Assembly: GCA_964016885.1 (NCBI GenBank) | Contig: OZ024747.1 | Coordinates: 36,146,001 to 36,210,000 of the forward strand | DNA length: 64,000 nt | Reading direction: 5' to 3' | From: Eledone cirrhosa | Taxonomy: Eukaryota | In this document: positions 52,921-64,000 of the stretch, piece after piece | Layout of the letters: each line of letters begins with the position of its first letter | How positions within the stretch are numbered: the first letter of the stretch is position 1 | Made by a program: the position numbers and the translations under genes | The notes under the pieces: generated by a model | What the model was told of the DNA's origin: nothing | Database searches by the model: none | Seen by the model: the letters and a program-made list of their open reading frames with translations, nothing else

Positions 52921-53873
52921 ACAAATTGAAAATCGAACAAATTAAATATACCTTCCACTTATTACCTTATTGCTATCACCCCTTCTCTCTCCTTCACCTA
53001 TTGCCTTCCTCAACTCCTGCTGCTGGTCACTCACTCTCGGCTGGTCCTTCCTCCCACTTTCACTCCCTCCCTCTCTGCCCCCCCCCCCCCCCTATCTCAC
53101 TTCCTCCCGTCTGACCTGCTTGAATTTCTTTCCTCTCTCAATCTTCTCGCAGCTCGGAATTTCTCCTCGGAATTGAGTCACCGCTCGCACTGTATAGTCT
53201 TTAATACGTCGAATTACCAACGATAAATCAGAAGAATACTGAAGAGGACAATTTAACCCTTGTCTATTTTTATTCATATATTCATGTTCGCAACAACGCA
53301 GCACGCCATTTTTGATTTAGTCTTCGACCGTCCCGCTCGCCTACACACACACCCTAATAACACAAGAAAAACTCTCCCAACATTCACCGCCCATTCCACT
53401 TCCAGCCATCCCCACCCCCTTGGTCCATCAAAAACTAATATTACTAATAGACCCCTGCCACACACTATCAAGCATGAACCTAATGTTCGTACTGCACTCT
53501 TTTTTATTGTTTTTGTTTTTCACTGTATATATATATATATATATATATAAAACTAAAGAGTTAAAATTAAAATTAAATATTGGAGTAAGAAAACTTACTC
53601 CAACATTTGATGTTAATTTTAAATCTTTAGTTTTTAACTCCTATTAATTATTTTTAATTTATATTTCAATATTCAACATTTGCTAAGATGAATTTTAATA
53701 ATACATCGAAACCGGTAATACCTTATATACTTTATATACATTATAAAACTTTTTTTTTAACAGGATTGTGTCTCTCATTTTTACAATAATGTCACTTTGA
53801 CGAATCAACGAAAGGATAAAAGAAAAGAAAAACAGATCCTTAAATATGTTTTCCGTGCTATTTCTAGCTTCAC

Positions 53874-53940
<67 letters not shown>

Positions 53941-53944
<4 letters not shown>

Positions 53945-54128
53945 AAAGGAATTGTGGTAAGGACCATAACGCAGCAGAGTACTCAATAATTAGGGTAGTA
54001 GAGTGGGAAATAGGAAAAAGTATGAACCCCCCCCCCCCCCCCCCCGACGGCAGAGCTCAGCCGTTTCGACGGCTATAGAAATAGCCGTCGAAACGGCTTG
54101 AACTCTGTCGTTGGGATCATACTTTTTC

Positions 54129-54130
<2 letters not shown>
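53941..54130. repeat. (TA)n-inserted hairpin element, copy 5
   Basis: Homologous to 28490; expanded poly-C tract; apex GGCTATAGAAATAGCC. Confidence 0.8.
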
Positions 54131-54178
<48 letters not shown>

Positions 54179-54207
54179 TCATATATATATATTTGTATAT
54201 ATATAAT

Positions 54208-54350
54208 GTGAAGACGCATGGCTTACTAGTTAGAGCATTGCAATCAAAAGGTTGTGAGTTCGATTCTCGGAGCAGGTCATGTGTTGTGTCCTTGAGCACG
54301 TCACTTTATTTTTCACGTTGCTTCAGTTTACTCAGCTGTAGAAATGAGTT
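54208..54350 (+). mobile_element. Second tRNA-derived SINE family
   Basis: A-box-like TGGCTTACTAGTTAGAGC, B-box GAGTTCGATTCTC, core GTGTCCTTGAGCA. Confidence 0.65.
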
Positions 54351-55349
54351 CAAATCAATGGGTGGCAGTAGTTCCAGCTGCACGGATCCAAAGACTGGTG
54401 CAGTGGTTCTGAGAACAATGCGCCTTTGTAGATGATAAATGGAAAGGTGCTTCCGCTCGAGTCAGAAGAGAACTATTGACCTTCAGGAGAAGCAGTGACC
54501 CCTGATTGTATTCAGCAACTGAAATAAATATAAAGTACACCAAATCAAATTCTCCTAGGGGTGGCCCTGGTTCTTCTCATTTGCGAGTCTAAACTCGGCC
54601 AGATTAGATTATATATATATATATATATATATATATACTTTCTCCTGTATTTAGATATATAAATGTATCACCCTGTGATATTCGTGTATATTGCTTTCGA
54701 TTAAAATACAATAAACATATCAGTTTCATTGGATTATTTTTGTAATTAAGTTACTATCAAATGTGTTGAAGTGGCTTTCTTGATTTGAGATGACAAATGT
54801 ATTGAGTTAAAGAGACTTGAGATGTTCAGGTTGTGAAAATGTATTAGCCTGAGTATTCAGATGTCATTCAACTTTATTTATTATTGTATTTGAATGAATC
54901 TGTCTTAGATATAGAACATATTTAAGATGCTATATTAAAATAAATAATTAAAATCTGGCGTCGTGTAAATAGAGATAGGATATATGACATGAGAACAATA
55001 TTTATTGACTGATTGTAGGTCTGCACATAATTGTTATATATCCATATATGAAGAACAAACATAAGAGAAAATTTTGGAAATAGTTTCAATGAAAAGGAAA
55101 CCAAAAATATGAACATAATAACTATTTGACATACGGAGATTAAAATGAAAATTGTTTTACTAAATCTAATATTGTACAGAAGACAAATATTTAAGTAATA
55201 TATATTAGGAAACTCTCATCCAATATGATTATTATAAATTATAGATATATTCTTTAATTCGATCACGAATTAAAACCGAACATTTAAAGAAAACCATCAG
55301 TGTATTTCTATGATGATCCCATAGTATATTCATTGTTGTTAAATGGAGT

Positions 55350-55478
55350 TTAGCTTTGACTTTCATCACTAAGGGATCGATAAAATAAAGCACCAGTAAT
55401 GCACTGGGGATCGATCTAATCGACGTCTCCTCCTCCAAATTTGTTGGCTTTGTGAATAGATCAGATAACAATATTATT
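55350..55478 (+). mobile_element. Nin-domain SINE 3' fragment
   Basis: CTTTGACTTTCATCAC..GGATCGATAAAATAAAGCACCAGTAATGCACTGGG. Confidence 0.65.
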
Positions 55479-55746
55479 GAATGTATGTATCTGGAAATTC
55501 TAAAGAACCTCCTTCTGAATATTTCTCGCACTCTAAGCAAATACATTAATGCAATGTGAAAAATATAAGTGTCATCATGAACTATCACTTTTGTGTAAGT
55601 ATATGATGGTTTGTAGAATTCATGATTCACCGGGAACAACTATAAATTCAGTTATAAAGCCATTTAGCATATATACGCGAAATTAAAAGCATATTTGTGA
55701 ATTGGCACAGATACATATACGTAGACAGTCACAGGCATACACAGAA

Positions 55747-55809
<63 letters not shown>

Positions 55810-55945
55810 ACAAATCATACACAAAACGCCAGCACCAACAGTGTTGTAAGAGATGTCAACATGAATGGACCTGTTATTTTTATCTAAAGACATTTTTTCC
55901 AATTCCATCCTGTCCGTCCCCTAAATCTATATTGTTTCTCATTAT

Positions 55946-55983
55946 TTCTTCTGATGAAGGACTAGCGTCCGAAACCTTAAGAA
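55946..55983 (+). ncRNA. Hammerhead with mutated stem III
   Basis: TTCTT-CTGATGA-aGGAC tagc GTCC-GAAA-CCTT|AAGAA; one change away from GAAACGTT. Confidence 0.6.
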
Positions 55984-56151
55984 CCTCTTCCTGTTATATC
56001 AAGCGTTAACCTAATATATCCCTTCCATATACTGTACCGATTCTGTTGTTATTTCTGTTTACCATTTACACACATATATATATACACACATATATATATA
56101 CACACACACATATATACACACACACATATATATATATATATATACATACTT

Positions 56152-56257
<106 letters not shown>

Positions 56258-56792
56258 GATGGCTGCGCCCTCGTTATCGAGTATGGCTATTGCCCGATAT
56301 ACCATTATTAATAATTATTAATTAATTCTATCGTGCAATGCCTGTGCGTGAAGATATTTTTTAAAGTGAGGAAATACTGTGCACTGAGCTAATCCCACAC
56401 GCTGAGCAACAGTAGCTATAACCCGAAAAGAAGAAAAGACCAACATCATTGGTAACTATGAGCCGCAGGTGTTATATCGGAGTTATCCCAGTTTCCTGAG
56501 TTGCCTTCTAGAAGAATTCCCTGACAAAGGTGGTTTAATTGCGCGGTACATGTGTATATACATATTTAAACACTTTTGGATGGCCGTTGACTCTTATGAG
56601 TTCTTCCGCCCTTTGTCAGGTTTTGTTTTTTGTCCTGCGGGGTGTCCAAAATCACCCTCCTGACCAAGTAAACTTAGTGGGGTTGCCGGTTTAGTCGCTG
56701 ACGACCTGGCCATACGACAGGTTGTACTAGATTACATGTTACCAGTAGCACCCAAGAGTGACCTGACATATATGTATATACATACATACACG

Positions 56793-56853
<61 letters not shown>

Positions 56854-57327
56854 TAATATATGTAGAAATAAACACAGTCAATTCTGCGTCTAAAATTACG
56901 AGGGTAGACTATACCACAAATGTTTTATATATTTAAACTGAAGCATAGGGTAAGATACAAGATTTCCTATACATACCGTATCAATAACGATTTCATCTCT
57001 CGGACAGACTAAAGATTTAATCTGTTTCTCCCTGAAAATAGTGTTTGTAACAGATAATCCTTAGGCATTTCATCAGCGAGTGATTAGATTGAATAAAACA
57101 AGACACATCTAACAAGAACTCACGGAAGTAAATAATGTACCTGGTGGGCTGAAAGCTATACGTGGTGTGAGTGGTTATGCTAGAAATAATAGCTTAATTA
57201 CACTTCTCTTAAAAGCTCACCTAGATATTGAGCCGAAATACAAATAAAATATAGAGTTATTAACTCATATTGATACCCTGCAATTAACAAGCTCAAAGTA
57301 TAAATACTGAGCATTATAATATTAATA

Positions 57328-57410
57328 GGGCGGTGGATTGTCAGTATCGGTAGAGGGTCGGACACCATGCTTTGCAGCAAAGAGTTACGGCCCTTTATGA
57401 TCTGGGTCGA
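57328..57410 (+). mobile_element. SINE 5' half abutting an HHR element
   Basis: GGGCGGTGGATTGTCAGTATCGGTAGAGGGTCGGACACC. Confidence 0.75.
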
Positions 57411-58490
57411 TCAGCCTTCCCAGAGTGCTTGGAAAAATAAATTTACCCTTCTTTCGATAAACGAAAATACACGGAACGGCTGCTTCGCCCTGGGGCCCTG
57501 CCAGGCTTGGAACCCGCTGCGCCACCGGTTTTTGACCGCCAAACATTACCTTTAAATTCTAGGCTTAATGATAACATTTAACTTTATCATGTCTCTTTCT
57601 ACTAGCACTTAACTAAATCCCCCACCAGTGTGAATAACTAGTAATCGTTTGGTATATACGATGGCCAGCCGACGGTTGCGGACTTCCAGCTAGCACAGAT
57701 GACGCTTAAGACAGTTAACATTCCTGGAGTGCTCGGAAAAATAAATTTGCATTTCTTTCGCTAGACGATAATACTCGGAACGGTTGTCACGCTGTTGGGC
57801 TCCGGGCTAGTCTCTGGTTATTTACCGCTTAGCATGGGCTTAATCTTTACTCTATATTCTACCCTGAAACTTTATCGTGACTATCTATAATACACCTAAA
57901 CCTTTTCATAGAAGCCTCCTTCCGTAAATTCTTTAACTAAATCCTAAACTTTAATCCTAAACCTTATTTTTCTAATTTCATCTTAAATGGCATCCTTTAA
58001 CTAGAAACTTATATTTAACGTTTCTAATCGTTAATCGTAATTTCTGTCCATACATTATACTATACAGACGCCTCCTATATATTACTATATATAGCTTTGT
58101 TAAAGATGTATTTTCTTTGAAAACATATTTTTCGCGTCACTTTGTAGCACTCATGACCAGCTTGATTGTGACCTGAACTCACAGATGGCCTCTGTCTGTG
58201 ACGGGGTGGTAGTAGTACACTATAAGCCTACGCCCCTTCACCAGATGGAAAGAAGTAGGCTTAATAATCACCACTTAAAGGCGGCCGACCGGGGTAGAAG
58301 CTGCTTATTTGTCGGCCGCCCTCATGTTTCTGACGTTTGCCCCCTGGATTTTGTCTATTATATTCCTTTGTTATATTTCGAATACCTGATGATGTGACCG
58401 GATTCATACTGAATGCGGTCATTGAAATGATCATAGTATAATAAACCTTTTAAGGAATTACACTAGTCCAGCCTCCTGTTATTTTATAAT
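57405..58490 (+). mobile_element. Non-coding HHR-terminated element (family of 12365-13240) with an internal ~80-bp direct repeat
   Basis: GAGTGCTYGGAAAAATAAATTT at ~57424 and ~57727; 3' end homologous to 13085-13235. Confidence 0.7.
58382..58439 (+). ncRNA. Hammerhead ribozyme
   Basis: ATAC-CTGATGA-tgTGACCG..CGGTCAtt-GAAA-TGATCA-TA|GTAT-AATAAA. Confidence 0.85.
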
Positions 58491-59139
58491 AATTAACTCC
58501 GTACTCGCATCACCAACTACACAAACTAAGACGGGTGAGTTGCATTACATCGAGTGCTCTACATAATATTACATGGCAGTTGACCACACGGTATGAGCAG
58601 TTCTATCCAGTTGTGAACCACCAAACCTAAATATATATATGTATATATATATATATATATACACTATAGAATAAAGCATGTCCAGAGAATTATTTGATAA
58701 TATATATACATCATCTCTACTGCCAATCAGCATAATTAACCACACAAACAATCAATTATACCAGGCTATTTAATCCTGGTATGTATATAAGCATTTCTAA
58801 GATTAATGTTTACCTAAATATGTATGGTTGAGCGTATATTTAATTAATTTCCACGTGCTGTTGAAATGTTGGGTAAATATTCTCTAGCGGTTGTACGCGA
58901 AGACGCCGCATTGGCGTATTTATTTACTGTTTCTTCATAGATGCCTTTTATTCTTATAGCCTGGTCTAATTGATTTTTTGTGTGGTTAATTATGCTGGTT
59001 GGGAGTAGAGATGATGTATATATATTTTCAAATAATTGCTCTGATTATTTAATTTATTAATTCTCCATTGAGCCACATCGTGAAAAGTTGCCTAAACACA
59101 TATATACCTGTGACTTTGTTTAATTGGTGTATGTGTAAA

Positions 59140-59220
<81 letters not shown>

Positions 59221-59469
59221 CGGCGATTTGTTTTGCGAGGTTTCTCATAGGAAATCGTGTGTCGAAACAAATATTATTATACTAGGGGAGGGTCATATTG
59301 TTGTAGTTATATTGCCAGAAATAATAACAGACCACTCTCACTGTTTGGTTGGTTTTCGCTTCTGTATCCTTTATATCTCCACAGTTAATTCATCCGGTCC
59401 TCAATGTTTACCATTGACTGACCAACGGTCAAAAATACTGACATAATATAGATATAAACACATATATAT

Positions 59470-62110
59470 AGTCTAACTAAGTTATTTCGTTGCACATCTG
59501 CAACATCATCAGTTTTACTATTATGTTCTTCCTGTTGTAGTGTATGACTACGCTATTTTTATTTTATCTGTTTATTTATTTATTATTTTTGTCTTCTCTG
59601 TGCATGCGTTTGCGTGTGTGTATAGTGTTTGGTGTGTGTGTTCGCGTTTGGATGACTGAGTTTTGGTTATTGTATCCTATCTTAGTTTACTAGTGTGTGT
59701 TTATATGTGTTTGTTGTTATTGTGCTTGTATATATATTTCCTTATTTATTTATTTGTATTAATCTTAAGTCAGTATTGTTTGTTTGGGTGTTGTTGTTAT
59801 TCCATTCATTCTTTGTTTAGCTTTGGCCTTCTAAGCTCTAATTTGCTTGCCTCTCTGATTTGCCTATCTGCTGGGTCATGTCTATGTTTAGATATTATTT
59901 TACATTCTATGTTGTATATGTTACCGTCATGTTGATGTATGGCGTGTTCGTATAGTACTGAACCGTCTTTTCGTCCTTTTAATTCACCCCGTGTTCGTCT
60001 ATTCTTTCTCCTATGTTTCGAACTGTCTCACCTATGTATGACGTTGTCATATTTCTGCAAATACCCTCTGTACATCTTATGCTATAGACTACATTTCTAG
60101 TTTTACAGTTTATCTGGGGGTTTACTTTACATATAACACATTTATTATTTGTACAATGGGTTTTCTTAAAAGGGTATGTTATGCTGTTCACGGATTTATG
60201 GCAGTTCCTGGCTTTTCTACCACGTTCATCTTTACGTGGGGCTTTCTCAGGGCTTTTCTACACTGGTTAGCTAATTTCTCTCCAGGGGTAGCGTCCAGGA
60301 ACATGACACTCTGGTATCTCTGGTTGTCGTACCATGACGTGGCTTTCCCTATCTTATGTTTAGTCATATCTAAGCTATTCCATTATTTGCTCCTGTATAA
60401 TGGGCAAATTCCTTTCATGTCCAGTTCTATGAGGGTCTTATACTCCTCCGTGGCTCCTTTGTAAACTCTGATTCTGTCTATTTGGTTGTAGCCAGAGAAC
60501 GAGAACTGCATGCGGTTGATGAAGCGTTGGATGCGTCATTCCATTTCTGTTGAGTCGCACATGCGGGACATGTTCTTGATCACTTGTACCAAGTCTGCGA
60601 TCAGAATATTAAACTTAGCACTACTGGACATTGCTGAGTTTTTTAGCATCAGGTATTTGGAAGCCGTGGGTTTAGCTTAGTGTGAGTGGAGAATTTGGGC
60701 TCTCTCGTCGATAGTGTTAATCCAGAGTTCCGTGTCTAATACAGGTAGTCTATAGTGTTTGGAAGGTTAGTGGATAGTTACAGTTATACTCTGGTGTATG
60801 GAGTTATCTATCTGCTGGATGCTTTGCATTCTAAATCATATTTGTTAGTATTCTCTTGTGGGGTGTTCTTATTACTGTATTAATATCGTCTACGTAACGA
60901 GAGTACATGATGAGGTCTATGGAGCTCTCACCAAGGAGATCTTTGAGTCTCCTTTCCCACCATACAATCAAATGGTTGGCAAGGTCACCAGCTATGCTGA
61001 CGCCAATGGCTGCTCCCTCATTTTGGGTGTAGATCTTTTCGTTGAATTTAAATATATGGCCCTTTAGAGTAGTTATAGTACTAGCCCCTATTGCATGCGT
61101 GACCAATTTTGTTTTAGGGGGTCCGTATGGCTTTGGTCCACCCAATCCACCTTCCCATAGGAGTATTTTTAGCCATTGAGTTTATGGTGGGGGGTCTACC
61201 TCTTATGGGTCTACTGGGGAAGAAGCAGCCAAGGTCATGGCTGTCTAGGTACTCGTTGTCATACGTAAGTCTAAGTAGGAGGCCCAGTTCATCTGTGTCG
61301 ACGGTGCAGAACTCCATCTCACTCTCACTGATCACCTCCACACCTTTTTCCACAGCAAAATCAATGTTAATTGATGGTTATAGTGATACCACGTCCATAC
61401 TGACTATCATGCAATTAGATAGGTTTTTGTTTTTGTAGCACTCATTGATTCTGCTGAGGTGGTCCTCTGTACTGTTACATACATCTGGGAACATCTAGAT
61501 TATGGGGCGTATAACCATTGAGAGGAAGTAGGAGATCGTGTAGTTGCTAGCAATATTGGATCCGAATACATGTATTGTTGGTGGTCCTGTTGTCGGACCA
61601 CTACTGTCTTATGGTCTTTGCGGAGCCCATACAGGGGTGTAACGCTTGGAAGATGTTGGCAATGCGTTTGCTTGGCTTTAGGATGTGGGTCCACATCATC
61701 ATGTATTTGCTGTGTAATTTCGCTCGTGTTGGTGATGTGGGGTTGCCTAGCCGTGATGTAGTTCGGCATGCTGTCTATTGACATCCTACCAGACTTATCC
61801 GTAGGTAGACACACTGCCTCACCATCCCTTGTGCGCTGATTGAGGTTAACTAAGCTTTCTACAGCTTTCTTTCCAAGTTGTTGGACTTCTGGTCTGCTTT
61901 GTCTCTTAGTGTATCGGTCTATTATTTGTCTAATATTATTTCTAGCTATGCTGAACTGTGCCTCTGTCTCGTCATCTATTTGTTGTGGTATACAAACCCT
62001 TTCATTAAAGGGTAACCGCGTAGGATAAATTTTACTCATGTTATATGTTTTGTCAGCTGGGTTGAAGAATAGTTTCTCTAAGGGGTTGTCATTATATCTA
62101 TCGTCATAGT
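59470..62110 (-). mobile_element. Near-complete Penelope-like element (RT plus GIY-YIG), frameshifted, with a partial HHR core at 59485-59512
   Basis: PTDKSG, LYGLRKDHK, SMDVVSL, FKFNEKIYTQNEGAAIG..YSRYVDDI, LPVLDTELW, CVICK..CKTRNVVYSIRC..YIGETVRNIGERIDEH; CTGATGA-tGTTGCA gatg TGCAAC-GAAA. Confidence 0.9.
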
Positions 62111-62789
62111 TGTGTGTGTTGCTATTATTTTTTTATTATGGTTGTTGTTGTTCCTACCATTAACATTATTATTATTGCTATGATTGTTAGATGTATTGTT
62201 GCAACCGAAGTAAAACAGGAAGACGATACTTTGTTTCGTGACGACGATCTCTGGCAATGAACAGAAAAAATCGAAGATAATACGTCGTTATGTGGAGCGG
62301 TGAGAAAAATTACACGCCAAGACAAAACCACGTTTATGGTATAAATGAAATCGTAGACTAATATTCTATTTAGAAAATCGAATGATTCTCGGCTTCAGAG
62401 TTAAGAATAATGTTAATAAATTAGTAGAATGAAAATGACCGAGGTTATTGAAATCAATAATAATTAAATATATACATACACGCATCCATATACGTACATA
62501 CACATGCATACGCGAAAACACCCGCAATGCATGCATATACGAGCACGTACACATAAACACGCGCACACTTACATAGACCCACGCGACACCAGTACCAGCA
62601 CATATACAAATGTATACACCAAATACACATAAAAATATATATAAGCGTGTTTGGGGTTTATAAATATACACATATAAATCCGTATATAACGCACGCAAAC
62701 ACAAACCTACATGTAAATACACATATGTTCACCAAACGTACGTCAACCAAAACACAATGTACACATATACACACCTTACATACGTGCAA

Positions 62790-62942
62790 ACGCGCATACA
62801 CGCATATACACACTAACACAAAATACACATATACACATAACCATATATACATGTACCAGTATATATAATATACTGGTACATGTGTATATGGTTATGTGTA
62901 TATGTGTATTTTGTGTTAGTGTGTGTATGCGTGTATGCGCGT
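62790..62942. repeat. Hairpin with ~70-bp arms and an AT-rich apex
   Basis: ACGCGCATACACGCATA...GTACCAGTATAT / ATATACTGGTAC...TATGCGTGTATGCGCGT. Confidence 0.8.
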
Positions 62943-63036
62943 AAGGTACACTTACCTATACAAATAAGTAATGGTATAAACATAAAATATACTTAGCTAC
63001 CACATCAAGACGTTAAATATCCGCGTATTGTTCGTA

Positions 63037-63460
63037 TTATCCGTTAGGGTATAATGTGGGGCGGTAATGCAGGAAAGTTTTATGCAATTTGTGTTTACAG
63101 GGCGAAATTGCCTCAGATTTTTTGTTTAAGATGTATTCACTGGCGTTGAGTATTTCCAGGGCTTCAGCGGCGCAAAGATCGCACGGTCTCTTATTTCGGT
63201 TATACGATCTAGCTTTAGCTAGGATCTCCCAGTGTAAGCTATATTGGGTGTGGTTGTCTTTTAGACTCCAGATATAATCTGAGAGTGACGTCATTTTCCT
63301 TCCTAAAGAGTTAAGAAAAAATGGGTGTGCATGTAAAGAAGCTGCTTGAATCTATTGGCATTTATATGGTATAACCCACTGTATAATATGGACGTGGCCA
63401 CACCATTAGCTACGATATTTCTCTCCCTTATTAAGTAGCATTTCCCCTCAGGATGTTAGT
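63037..63460 (-). pseudogene. Penelope-like GIY-YIG endonuclease remnant
   Basis: GKCYLIRERNIVA..; TSLSDYIWSLKD..WEILAKARSY..CDLCAAEA..LNKKSEAISPCKH. Confidence 0.8.
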
Positions 63461-63481
63461 CTTCAAATGTATTATTACCAT

Positions 63482-63518
<37 letters not shown>

Positions 63519-63725
63519 ATTTACAAATTTTAGTACAGCATCAACGAAGCTTTTAGCAGTAGCCAAGCTAACGAATGCAGATTCGGTGTGCAGCTAAGCA
63601 CTCAATGGAGAATATTACCCCAGAGTTACAACATTACGTTTAGACAGCTTTGCAAATCAAATACAGCAACCGATAGTCGGGCCGCATTGCCATAGCGACG
63701 AAAAAAGCTTAACTCAGGAGAAATG

Positions 63726-63798
<73 letters not shown>

Positions 63799-64000
63799 AT
63801 ATGCACGCACAGAGAGTACAATTAAGAATTATTAAGTCTCACTTCAAATTGACGGTTTATTTACGCTACTCGGCTAGTATGTATACCATGCTTATCACCA
63901 CAGTACGCTCAGTAATCGAAGAGGAGACAATATATTCATGTTTTATGTGGAAGTACTTAACTATGAGGAACAAGTATACCTCATCTATGTTATGTTAGAC

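Noticed and set aside
53235-53270. CTGAAGA followed by a GACAA/TTGTC hairpin
   Set aside because: No GAAA or NUH follows, so it cannot be called a hammerhead.

Overview
This is AT-rich eukaryotic intergenic or intronic DNA with no recognisable host gene. The dense (TA)n/(CA)n microsatellites and tRNA-derived Nin-domain SINEs suggest a mollusc, probably a cephalopod such as octopus (inference). The window is a retroelement graveyard: an RTE-like LINE, a CRE-like LINE with a PHD finger, a degraded Tx1/L1-like LINE, a non-autonomous Helitron, SINEs, a MITE-like family and at least six Penelope-like element (PLE) RT or GIY-YIG remnants. The ORF track misses the main signal: about 18 intact-looking and about 11 decayed minimal type I hammerhead ribozymes (HHR; stem I-CUGANGA-stem II-GAAA-short, mostly palindromic stem III-NUH), read by eye. 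They belong to many unrelated sequence families and nearly all lie in elements bounded by (TA)n. Many of these elements are non-coding foldbacks with two outward-facing ribozymes. One (37935-38930) is a tandem repeat with HHR cleavage sites 429 nt apart, a candidate retrozyme/circular-RNA replicon. Coordinates were read manually and element boundaries are approximate.
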